Shown: piece by piece, positions 18,189-27,510 of the stretch
How positions within the stretch are numbered: the first letter of the stretch is position 1
Layout of the letters: each line of letters starts with the position of its first letter
DNA from: an uncultured virus (IMG/VR IMGVR_UViG_3300042898_001532)
Taxonomy: Duplodnaviria > Heunggongvirae > Uroviricota > Caudoviricetes
Reading direction: 5' to 3' (one strand)
DNA length: 64,000 nucleotides
Virus record (IMG/VR): IMGVR_UViG_3300042898_001532
Coordinates: 1 to 64,000 of that record
The notes under the pieces: model-generated
Database searches by the model: none
The model's input: only the letters and a program-made list of their open reading frames with translations
Told to the model about the DNA's origin: nothing
Position numbers and translations under genes: made by a program

Positions 18189-20000
18189 ATGGAAATATTA
18201 AAAAATAACGATAGCAATAAGAGGGGTGTCCTTATTGAGTATGATTCGGGATACATTTCACCAAAAGATAACCAGAACTTTATTAGTGAAATGACTAAAC
18301 TATCAAAAGGGGAACCTATCATAGAGGAACCTTTGATAGTTTATGCGGTTATGCAAAAATATGGGGTAGAAAACAGAAATGGAAGAGTATACCCTGAAGC
18401 TATACTTAGACGAGAAGCGGAAAACTACCTTAAACTTATTAAAGAAAAAAGAGCGTTAGGGGAATGCGTACCTGAAGGTACTGAGATTTACACCACTGAT
18501 GGGTGGTTTAAAATTGAGGATGTTAAAGTTGGTGATAAAATTTTAACAATGAATATTGATACCAACTTCATTGAGGAACAAAATGTTACGGATACTATCA
18601 AAAAACAATATGACGATGACTTAATCCATATCTATAACAATAGTAGTTTAGACATGAAAATCACTAAAAAACATAAAGTAGTATTATGGGATAGAAATGA
18701 TAAATCTTATATCTTAACTGGTGAAGAATTATATGATAAAATAAAAAATAAAGATTCTAAAGTATCTCATTCTTATATTAAACATTCCGCAGAATGGGTA
18801 GGTGATTCACCTAAAACTTATACATTAAAAAATAGTGATATTACTATAGATATAGAAGATTGGGTTTCTTTTTTAGGTATTTTTATTGCCGATGGACATT
18901 GTAGTGGAACTAAAGGTGGCAATAAGAAAAATTTAGTATGTATTACACAAGTGAAGGAAGAGTCCTCAAAAATGATTGAGTCTTTACTTGAACGGTTACC
19001 TTTTAAATATAGTGTATCAGATAACAGACAATATAACATATATAGTAAAGAATTATATGATGAATTGTTCAGTTTAGGGAATTCATATCAAAAACATATA
19101 CCTAATTATATTAAACAATACTCACCGGAATTGTTAAATATTTTATTAGATTGGTTATTACTTGGTGATGGAAGAAACAGACACAATAGTAAAAATGAAT
19201 TAATTAAAGAATATGTCACTACATCAAAATCTTTGGCAGATGACGTATTCGAAATTATAGTAAAACTAGGGTACGGTGCAACAATTAACACAATCACACC
19301 AAAAGATAGAATTATTGTTGATGAAAACGTAGTCTTTAGTGAGGTTGAAAATGAAGATGGAACAATTTCTTTAATTAAAGAAAAAATTAAAACTAAACGA
19401 TTAATAAAATCTTCTGATTCTAAAGTATTATATAATGTACACCTTAGAACTAATAAGGGAATTTATTTAGATCATAGATTTATAAAGATTGATAAGATTA
19501 AACATAATGATTATGTATACTGTGTAACTGTCCCTAATAGTACGTGGTTAATGAGATCAAATAATAAGATCTCTTGGACACATAATTGTGACCACCCAGA
19601 ATCATCTATTGTTGCGGTAAGTAGAATTTCTCATAATGTGGTAGACCTTTGGTGGGAAGGTAATGTACTTATGGGTAAGTTAGAAATCATTATGTCACCG
19701 GGATTCGTAAACCAAGGAATTATATCTTGTGAAGGTGACAGAGTAGCGAATTATTTGAGAAAAGGTTTAAAGATTGGTGTGTCATCAAGAGGTGTAGGTT
19801 CTTTGGAAAAAGAAGGTGGTAAGAATATAGTGCAAGACGATTTTGAATTAATTTGTTGGGATATTGTTACCTCACCGTCTACTCCAGGTTCTTGGATTTA
19901 TAGTGATGTTCCATCTAGAGAACAACAGATGTCTGAGTCGAATATTAAAAAAGAAGATGCTATCCTTAAAGATAATTTAAATAATTTTTTACTCGATTAG
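18189..20000 (+). CDS. Prohead protease (T4 gp21-like), intein-containing
   Basis: NRNGRVYP, RALGE|CDHP, GVSSRGVGS, WDIVTSPS. ATG 18189 preferred because ATATTTAT lies at 18161-18168. Confidence 0.93.
   Translation: MEILKNNDSNKRGVLIEYDSGYISPKDNQNFISEMTKLSKGEPIIEEPLIVYAVMQKYGVENRNGRVYPEAILRREAENYLKLIKEKRALGECVPEGTEIYTTDGWFKIEDVKVGDKILTMNIDTNFIEEQNVTDTIKKQYDDDLIHIYNNSSLDMKITKKHKVVLWDRNDKSYILTGEELYDKIKNKDSKVSHSYIKHSAEWVGDSPKTYTLKNSDITIDIEDWVSFLGIFIADGHCSGTKGGNKKNLVCITQVKEESSKMIESLLERLPFKYSVSDNRQYNIYSKELYDELFSLGNSYQKHIPNYIKQYSPELLNILLDWLLLGDGRNRHNSKNELIKEYVTTSKSLADDVFEIIVKLGYGATINTITPKDRIIVDENVVFSEVENEDGTISLIKEKIKTKRLIKSSDSKVLYNVHLRTNKGIYLDHRFIKIDKIKHNDYVYCVTVPNSTWLMRSNNKISWTHNCDHPESSIVAVSRISHNVVDLWWEGNVLMGKLEIIMSPGFVNQGIISCEGDRVANYLRKGLKIGVSSRGVGSLEKEGGKNIVQDDFELICWDIVTSPSTPGSWIYSDVPSREQQMSESNIKKEDAILKDNLNNFLLD
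18465..19586 (+). mobile_element. Intein (374 aa) with LAGLIDADG endonuclease
   Basis: Begins CVPEGTEIYT; FLGIFIADG and LLDWLLLGDG motifs; ends VYCVTVP...WTHN, followed by Cys+1. Confidence 0.92.
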
Positions 20001-20099
20001 TAAAATAATTAACACTTTTCTAAAATATCGCATATTTATTTAGTGAACGTATAACATTGCGTTAAATAATAATTAATAACAATTAAAAAAAAAAGTAAA

Positions 20100-21455
20100 A
20101 TGGCTGAAAAAAAGAAATCAATCATCGAAGAGGCTTTACTAGAAGCAAAGTCTTTAGAGGATGCCTTAAAAGCCAATACGAAAGAAATGCTTGCGGCACT
20201 TATGTCCAAGGAATTTGAAAGTATCGTCGAGTCATCTTTGAAAAAGGGAGATGAAGAAAAAGAAAAAAAAGTCTCAGAACAAGAAGATGAGATAGATTTA
20301 GAAATGATCGATACAGAAGTTAAAGGATCCGATGATGAAGAAGAAGAAGAAGACCTTTTAGATCTTGAAGATGAAGAATCTGATGAGGTGGAAGACATCG
20401 AATTAGATTTAGATGATGAAGTATCTGATGAAGAGTCTGATGACATTGAACTTGACTTAGACACCGACCTAGACTTAGACGCTAGTGAAGGTGAAGAAGG
20501 AGAGGAAATGAAATTAGATTTAGAATTACCTTTTATGGGTATGGGAGGAGAAGAAGTAATGGACTTAACAGGTGCGTCTGATGACGAAGTTGTTAAAGTT
20601 TTCAAAAAACTCTCTGACGATGATGAAGTAGAAGTTGTAAAAGATGCTGGTGGTATCCATCTAACAGATAATAAAACAGGTGCAGAGTATTACATTAAGG
20701 AATCTATGGATGAAATGAGACATTCTATGAACGAAAAAGAGTATTGCGCTGAAGGGAATTGCGGTTCTATGTACGAAGAAGTAATGTACGAGATAGAATT
20801 AGACGAAGATTCCGACATGATGGAAATGTTTAAAGAAATGGGTGGTATGAAAAAAAGTCACTATGGTGAAGACTACCACATGGAAGAAGGCGCTTACATT
20901 GATGAGGAAGAAGAAAAATTAGAAGAGGACAAACTACAAAGACACAGAAAGTTCGCTGGTAAACAAAGATACAGTGGCACTAAAGTGGGTAGAAGAGACG
21001 AATCTATAAAACTTCGTAAACCTTTAGTAAATAGAACCCCAAAATCATCTACAGTTTCTGAATCTAAGATAATGAAAGAATACACAGAGTTAAAATCTAA
21101 AAACGAAGAGTATAAGAAAGCACTTAATGTATTCAAAGACAAACTTAATGAGGTGGCTTTGTTTAACACTAACTTAGCGTATGTGAATAGAATCTTCACT
21201 GAGCATTCGACAACGAAAAAAGAAAAAATGGATATCCTTAAGAGGTTTGACAATGCTGAGTCGATAAAAGAGTCTAAGAACATATACAAAACAATTAAGA
21301 CTGAGTTAGATAATAAGAAACCAATTAACGAGTCAGTACAAAAAAAAGTTAATAAGACTATTGAGTCGTCAAAGTCGCAAAATCTAAATGAGTCTACAGC
21401 ATATGTAGATCCACAGATATCTGCGATTAAAGATTTAATGAGAAGAATCTCATAA
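20100..21455 (+). CDS. Prohead core/scaffold protein
   Basis: Very acidic, coiled-coil, LNEVALFNTNLAY motif; lies between protease and capsid. Confidence 0.8.
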   Translation: MAEKKKSIIEEALLEAKSLEDALKANTKEMLAALMSKEFESIVESSLKKGDEEKEKKVSEQEDEIDLEMIDTEVKGSDDEEEEEDLLDLEDEESDEVEDIELDLDDEVSDEESDDIELDLDTDLDLDASEGEEGEEMKLDLELPFMGMGGEEVMDLTGASDDEVVKVFKKLSDDDEVEVVKDAGGIHLTDNKTGAEYYIKESMDEMRHSMNEKEYCAEGNCGSMYEEVMYEIELDEDSDMMEMFKEMGGMKKSHYGEDYHMEEGAYIDEEEEKLEEDKLQRHRKFAGKQRYSGTKVGRRDESIKLRKPLVNRTPKSSTVSESKIMKEYTELKSKNEEYKKALNVFKDKLNEVALFNTNLAYVNRIFTEHSTTKKEKMDILKRFDNAESIKESKNIYKTIKTELDNKKPINESVQKKVNKTIESSKSQNLNESTAYVDPQISAIKDLMRRIS

Positions 21456-21494
21456 AAATAATAAAATAACAAAAATTAAAAAATAATAAAAAAA

Positions 21495-23249
21495 ATGGGA
21501 CATTTGTTAAATTCAGGTCAAGTCGGAAACATCGGACTAGAGCACCTAAAGCAAATCAGATCTAAAACTATTTCTAAGTGGACCTCATTAGGTTTCCTTG
21601 AAGGTTTGAAAGGTCACGTAAAAGAGAACATCGCACAATTGTACGAAAACCAAGCATCTTCTTTACTTAATGAGTCGACTTCGTCTGATTCATCAGGTTC
21701 ATTCGAGACAGTGGTATTTCCAATTGTACGAAGAGTATTCTCTAAATTATTGGCTAACGATATCGTATCGGTACAAGCGATGAACATGCCAATTGGAAAA
21801 TTATTCTTCTTTGTACCTAAAACATCATCTACACAAGTTCCTTTGAACGGTAAAGATGGTTCCGCTAACGGATCATTACCAGCATGTGTTATTTCTGGAT
21901 GTAATGAAGATACACTTATCACTCCATTCTTAGAGAAGTCACTATATGACTTATACTATAATGATGGATTGTTTGACGCATCTAAAGGTAAAAAAATCGT
22001 TTTTGCTGGGGCAGGTTTCTATGGTGCAACACTTAACGCTAATGGTGTGAAAGTACCTACTAATTTATCATCACAACCTAAAGCTTCGGATGGTTCATTC
22101 AGAAGTGTTAAAATGTGTGTAACAGGTTTCTCTACTACTAACGCAGGTAGATTAACTGGACCAGACGGAAACGAAATGGATACTGAATCTTTCTTATCTT
22201 CTTTATCAGTAGTTTCTACACCAGCAATTGTTGATGGTGATGGTAAACAAATTATTGCTGCAGGTGGTAGTGTACCATTTAGAGTAGTAACTCAGAAATA
22301 CGGAAGAGGTATCGTTGATTATGGTGATATCTGTACTCCTGATGGATGTTTACTAATCGAATTGGACCTTACACATCCAGCTTGTATTGATTGTTCTTCT
22401 GCTAACTTTGACGGATATGTTGGTGCGGCAACTGGAACTTCATTTACAGGTTTGACTGTAGCTTGGTCCAGATACGAATCATTAGAATTCTCAACTGAAA
22501 TGGGTGAGGTATCATTCGAACTTGATGAAGTTGTGGTTTCTGTAACAGAAAGAAAACTAAGAGCTACTTGGTCACCAGAATTGGCACAAGACGTTAGTGC
22601 ATTCCATAACATTGATGCAGAAGCAGAACTTACGGCGTTATTGTCTGAGCAAGTTGCGGCGGAAATCGATAGAGAGATCCTAAGAGACTTAAGAAAAGGT
22701 TCGGCTTGGCAATTGAGATGGGATTACAACGGATGGAAACGAGCTAACAATGGTGGTGGTTTCAACGCTTACACTCAAAAAGAGTGGAATCAAACGTTGA
22801 TTACTAAAATCAATCAAATCTCAGCTCAAATTCATAAGGCTACTTTAAGAGGTGGTGCTAACTTCATCGTTGTTTCGTCTGAAGTTTCTGCTATCTTTGA
22901 TGACTTAGAATACTTCCACGTATCTAACGCATCTCCAGAGCAAGATCAGTACAATATGGGTATTGAGAAGATTGGTTCATTAGGAGGAAGATATACTGTA
23001 TATCGTGATCCATATGCACCGGCTAACTCAATCATCATTGGACACAAAGGAAAATCATTGTTGGATACTGGGTACGTTTACGCACCTTACGTACCTCTAC
23101 AATTGACTCCTACGTTACAAAACCCGTTCAACTTCGCACCAACGAAGGGTATCATGACTAGATACGCTAAGAAAATGGTTAATAACCGTTTCTATGGTGT
23201 AGTTACAGTTGATGGAGTTCAAACATTCGATGTAAACGAATTGAGATAA
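21495..23249 (+). CDS. Major capsid protein (T4 gp23-like)
   Basis: PIVRRVF..L.ANDIVSVQAM, RKLRATWSPELAQD, EIDREI, YAPYVPL, GIMTRYA. Confidence 0.96.
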   Translation: MGHLLNSGQVGNIGLEHLKQIRSKTISKWTSLGFLEGLKGHVKENIAQLYENQASSLLNESTSSDSSGSFETVVFPIVRRVFSKLLANDIVSVQAMNMPIGKLFFFVPKTSSTQVPLNGKDGSANGSLPACVISGCNEDTLITPFLEKSLYDLYYNDGLFDASKGKKIVFAGAGFYGATLNANGVKVPTNLSSQPKASDGSFRSVKMCVTGFSTTNAGRLTGPDGNEMDTESFLSSLSVVSTPAIVDGDGKQIIAAGGSVPFRVVTQKYGRGIVDYGDICTPDGCLLIELDLTHPACIDCSSANFDGYVGAATGTSFTGLTVAWSRYESLEFSTEMGEVSFELDEVVVSVTERKLRATWSPELAQDVSAFHNIDAEAELTALLSEQVAAEIDREILRDLRKGSAWQLRWDYNGWKRANNGGGFNAYTQKEWNQTLITKINQISAQIHKATLRGGANFIVVSSEVSAIFDDLEYFHVSNASPEQDQYNMGIEKIGSLGGRYTVYRDPYAPANSIIIGHKGKSLLDTGYVYAPYVPLQLTPTLQNPFNFAPTKGIMTRYAKKMVNNRFYGVVTVDGVQTFDVNELR

Positions 23250-23270
23250 TCGATTTAAAGAGTGAATATA

Positions 23271-23298
23271 AAAGGGTAGATTTTGTCTACCCTTTTTT
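23271..23298 (+). terminator. Intrinsic terminator after the capsid gene
   Basis: AAAGGGTAGA-TTTTG-TCTACCCTTT followed by Ts. Confidence 0.88.
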
Positions 23299-23335
23299 GT
23301 TTTATAAGATATTTATTATTATATTTACATTATAT

Positions 23336-24199
23336 ATGATAATCAAAAAGAAATACGTACTATTAGAGTCTTTATTAATAGATGATACAAATGAATTTGA
23401 CGCAACTGAAAAAAGAATTTTTAAGACGTTAAATATCCAATACGGTGACCCAATGAAAGGTGGTGAGGAGGGTAAGAAACCATTCACTCAATGGGAAGTC
23501 GCAGCATGGTTAATTGAGAATATTGAAATTCCATATGATATGGCTTATGGGTTGACAAAAACGTATTATTGGAACTACGATAAACTTTTTAGTGAAACGA
23601 CTTCTCTTAGAAAAACAATCCCTTCCGCACAATTATTCAAGGATCATCATCAAACATTAAGTAAATTATTTAGAGATAAATTAACGAATGATTTATATGG
23701 GCAAATAAAAATTAATATTGATAGGGATACGGGTGTAGAAGACATGAGAGATATTAATTTTTGGGGGGGATATTCGGGAGTTGTCCTATACTTACCTTTT
23801 ATGACTATGGATAATAATGGCAATTATATCTATGGTGATGATAGAAATGGTAGAAATTTAATAGTAGACGTATTTTACCGTATATTAGATAAGGAAGGTA
23901 ATATTGTTGACGGTTATTTCACAGATGATAAGTATCAAGAAAAAATTGATAATGAAAAATTTAAGGTTGTCGTAAAATATACGTTAGGTGAGACAACTGA
24001 TAGAGAAGGAAGTGGTAGACAGTTTAATTTAATGGAATTTGATGTTCCATACCCTAAACCATTGTCTTTAAAAACATATTCAGAGATGTTAAATCTAATT
24101 TTGGGTGATGTCATTAAAAAGATAGAATCGATGACATTTACTTTACCTCCCCACTTAGACGGTTTTGAGGAATCTAGTGGAGATTCTCAACCTGATTAA
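23336..24199 (+). CDS. Hypothetical protein
   Basis: ATG 23336 lies downstream of ATATTTAT 23309-23316; converges on the next gene. Confidence 0.7.
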   Translation: MIIKKKYVLLESLLIDDTNEFDATEKRIFKTLNIQYGDPMKGGEEGKKPFTQWEVAAWLIENIEIPYDMAYGLTKTYYWNYDKLFSETTSLRKTIPSAQLFKDHHQTLSKLFRDKLTNDLYGQIKINIDRDTGVEDMRDINFWGGYSGVVLYLPFMTMDNNGNYIYGDDRNGRNLIVDVFYRILDKEGNIVDGYFTDDKYQEKIDNEKFKVVVKYTLGETTDREGSGRQFNLMEFDVPYPKPLSLKTYSEMLNLILGDVIKKIESMTFTLPPHLDGFEESSGDSQPD

Positions 24200-25580
24200 C
24201 AATATTAAACTTTAGGGTATTGGTATATGTCTTAACTAATTGGTTAGACGTTAATTTAATATCGATATAATATTCATTAGGTATCATCCAAGAAGTATCT
24301 AAAATAAAATAATTTTTAAGGTAAGATTTATTTACATCAGTCCAATTAATAACGTTAACTTCAGTATTACCTTCTCTAATCCACAATCTATACTGTAATC
24401 CATCTATCACAGATGTTTCGTTTACCGTATAAGGTATTCTAGCATTAACAAATACTTTTCTTTGATCACCTCTCTTTATTTTTTCATCTCTTCTAATACC
24501 ACTTAAATTAAATGTATATTCTATTGGTAAAGATTCTGAATCACCAAAGTTATAATATTCTGTATCATCCTTAATCTCAAATTGTAGGGTAACATTAGGA
24601 CGATTAATTCCATTTATAACAATATTTGACCAAGTATCGGTAAATATTGTACAATCTGAAGATGTGATAGGTACAAATAATTCTATATAATAAACACCTT
24701 TAGTTTGTTGTACTACATTATTACTTGTGAATGAGGAGAATAATGTACCATTACCATTTTTAACTACTACAGATGGTTTAGAACCCAAATTAGTCGGTTC
24801 TCCACCTAGATTAGTGTATAAGTATAGTCTATTAGTCTTTCCTCGATAAAAGTTCTTCCTGTCGTCTCTAATGGGGTTATTATAAGATGTCTCCACAAAA
24901 GGTTCATAATATGTTTGTGTGTGTCTGGTAAAGAATCCTACATATTGTGATGGTACAACTTCTTTGGTTTCCAAATCCCTTTCAAATGCAATACCATATC
25001 CATAGTTTGTTGTCCCACCAGTAATTAAACTATTTACTTCATTGGTAATATCCATTTCAATATTTTCATTACCTTTATCGAAATGTTGTGTTGTTACAGT
25101 AATACCTGAAGGTGATCCCGAATAAACACCAGGTTCGTCCCACGCATTTGTTGTAGTCGCATTAACCCAATTACTCGCAGATTCTACGAATGTAATATCG
25201 TCACTAGGATGTAATCCCATAAATTGTTGGTAGTCGTATCCACAACCTTCATCCCATAATTTATTAACTCTAAATAAAACTAAATCAAAAGAAGATGTTC
25301 TTTGTTTACCATCTAATAATTTTTGTGCTTGCAAATCTCTATCAAAGAATGAACTATTAGTCATTCTTAAAGTATGTGTAACATTAGATAAGTCACCTAA
25401 TTCACCATTATTATATTTTTGTTGTAAATCTGAAATATCAAAATATAATAAGTGTCTGGTGTAATCAGTTTGAGTTTCTTTTCCCCCATAATATAATTCG
25501 GCGATAGGATTTCTACCTGTATTTATTAGGGTTCCGAATATGATTGTATTGTTTTTATCTATATAAGTTCTAGTTACCAT
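24174..25580 (-). CDS. Putative structural protein (beta-rich, DNRLRE-like N-terminal domain plus Ig-like domain)
   Basis: DKNNTII, RHLLYFD, WDEGCG, ASNW..AT...W..PG, MDITNEV motifs. Confidence 0.6.
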   Translation of the reverse strand: MVTRTYIDKNNTIIFGTLINTGRNPIAELYYGGKETQTDYTRHLLYFDISDLQQKYNNGELGDLSNVTHTLRMTNSSFFDRDLQAQKLLDGKQRTSSFDLVLFRVNKLWDEGCGYDYQQFMGLHPSDDITFVESASNWVNATTTNAWDEPGVYSGSPSGITVTTQHFDKGNENIEMDITNEVNSLITGGTTNYGYGIAFERDLETKEVVPSQYVGFFTRHTQTYYEPFVETSYNNPIRDDRKNFYRGKTNRLYLYTNLGGEPTNLGSKPSVVVKNGNGTLFSSFTSNNVVQQTKGVYYIELFVPITSSDCTIFTDTWSNIVINGINRPNVTLQFEIKDDTEYYNFGDSESLPIEYTFNLSGIRRDEKIKRGDQRKVFVNARIPYTVNETSVIDGLQYRLWIREGNTEVNVINWTDVNKSYLKNYFILDTSWMIPNEYYIDIKLTSNQLVKTYTNTLKFNIVNQVENLH

Positions 25581-25601
25581 ACCTTTTTATAAATAAATAT
25601 C

Positions 25602-26909
25602 TTAATTACTATTAATGTTCTTATTTAATATCCTATTTAAGTCAAATCTTATGACATCAGTTGTTGTGGTACTAGGATCCGCAGGTAATCCATGATATGG
25701 ATGAACATGTGAGATAACATATTGTTTAACTAATTCTAAAAATTCCACTAATGTGTCACCATAGACTAATGGGTGTGCACCTTTATTGATTTTCTCTTGT
25801 TCTTCATCAGTTATCAAACCTTTAGGGTCAGTTAAATTAAATGTGTGTTCACCATCATGACTAATTAAGTTTATTTTATTGGCAACAACATTAACTACAC
25901 TACTTTTTTTACCGGTATTTTTTTCTAATCTAACTGTTTTAATTGTCTTTTTTGGTCCTGGTATTGGTGTGTTAGTAAAAACAGATATGTTACCACTTAC
26001 ATTAGGTAAGGTATTTAGATAATCTTTTACGGTAGATTTAATTTTCCACTGTGTACCTTTATTTGCGTCAACGTATGTTTTTACCGCAGTCAAGGCTAAA
26101 TCTCTAGATTGTGAACCCACAAAAGAACTCACATTCTCAAATGAACTTTTAAGTGTGTTTAATTTAATATCATAAACCTTAACAAATACTTCGGTCCTAT
26201 CAATATCACTTTCTCTATATCTACTCTCCTCTAAATCGCCAGATAAGATAACACCACTATTAGTTATGCTATTTATTTCGACAGTCACAAGAGTATCAGG
26301 TATTGGTATGATACTAGTTTGTATCACTCTATCTTCAACGACTCTTTTCAATTTTTCGTTACCGTATTTCAGTTGGATGTAACCTAAATTTTTATTATTA
26401 AATTTTCTAGGATCACTTTCTAAAGTCTTACCGACTCTCAACCACATTTCTCTATCTTTTTGTATGATATCCGTATTATATCTACCTTGTAATACAATAT
26501 CTTCATCATTACCATATGCACCAGGCTCTACTTTGGGGTCATTTAATTTCACATAACCGTTAGGTAATATAGATAAGGCAGAATTATATTGTTCCTCATT
26601 TAAATTTGTTGGTTGAGTAATCAACGGTCCGATCCAAAATCTAGTATTTTTAAATGATGAGGTTGGGGAGGAATTATTATATTCATATTGAAACACAAAT
26701 ACACATTCACCTACTTTTGGTAGAGTTACTAAATATTTTGGTAGTAGTGGTACACAATCTATAAGTTCTAAATCACCTTCAGTGTCAATACCAGTAATTT
26801 TCACTTTAATTCTACCTGATTTAGTATTATCTACAATTGATCTAACCTCACCGACTTTGATTATTGGTATGGTGTTAATATTGGTACTGTCACTATAATA
26901 ATTACCCAT
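25602..26909 (-). CDS. Baseplate central spike/hub (gp5/gpV-like)
   Basis: N-terminal OB-fold GEV..IVD...GRIKVKI..LPKVGECVFV; C-terminal HVHPYHG metal-binding tip. Confidence 0.75.
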   Translation of the reverse strand: MGNYYSDSTNINTIPIIKVGEVRSIVDNTKSGRIKVKITGIDTEGDLELIDCVPLLPKYLVTLPKVGECVFVFQYEYNNSSPTSSFKNTRFWIGPLITQPTNLNEEQYNSALSILPNGYVKLNDPKVEPGAYGNDEDIVLQGRYNTDIIQKDREMWLRVGKTLESDPRKFNNKNLGYIQLKYGNEKLKRVVEDRVIQTSIIPIPDTLVTVEINSITNSGVILSGDLEESRYRESDIDRTEVFVKVYDIKLNTLKSSFENVSSFVGSQSRDLALTAVKTYVDANKGTQWKIKSTVKDYLNTLPNVSGNISVFTNTPIPGPKKTIKTVRLEKNTGKKSSVVNVVANKINLISHDGEHTFNLTDPKGLITDEEQEKINKGAHPLVYGDTLVEFLELVKQYVISHVHPYHGLPADPSTTTTDVIRFDLNRILNKNINSN

Positions 26910-27091
26910 TATTCTTCTCCTTTATATCTTTTAGTTAAAATAGTATTACCTAATAAATATTCCTTTTCAGTTAATTCTAATTTTTCAGATAATGATATTA
27001 TTTTTTCTTTTATACTTTTTTGTTGGTGTGCGAGTTCCTCTAGTTGCATTTTTATGGACGCGTTACTCATATTTTTCCAATCTATTTTCAT
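26909..27091 (-). CDS. Small coiled-coil protein
   Basis: Translationally coupled 60-aa ORF. Confidence 0.65.
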   Translation of the reverse strand: MKIDWKNMSNASIKMQLEELAHQQKSIKEKIISLSEKLELTEKEYLLGNTILTKRYKGEE

Positions 27092-27094
27092 ATA

Positions 27095-27499
27095 CTATCT
27101 TATAATACCTTCACCCTTACTTATACCTATAGTTGTCCCAACAACTACTATTGGCCCACCCGCATTACCACCAGTTGCTTGTATAGGTGTACCTGGAGGT
27201 ATCGCCACTTCAATCTTCGCCTTAGTTAAAAGTGCGTTTAAAATTTCTTCGACTCTTATTACTTCCATTTTCAATTCAATATTTTCTGAACCACTAGGTA
27301 ATGGACCAATACCTACCCCTATCTCCTTTTTTCTCTCTATTATTTTAGACGCAATATCTATCGCACTTAAACCTTCTCTAAATTTAGCCCCAATCAAAAT
27401 CTCTTGTTTACTTATAGGTTGTAAAGGTGTAGATGGTTTAAATAAATTTTTAAACAAATTCCTAATAGTGCTAATTGTAGTATTAAAATTGGTTGCCAT
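27095..27499 (-). CDS. Hypothetical (probably baseplate) protein
   Basis: In an operon with the spike; Gly/Pro-rich beta C-terminus. Confidence 0.6.
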   Translation of the reverse strand: MATNFNTTISTIRNLFKNLFKPSTPLQPISKQEILIGAKFREGLSAIDIASKIIERKKEIGVGIGPLPSGSENIELKMEVIRVEEILNALLTKAKIEVAIPPGTPIQATGGNAGGPIVVVGTTIGISKGEGIIR

Positions 27500-27510
27500 A
27501 ATATTTTATT

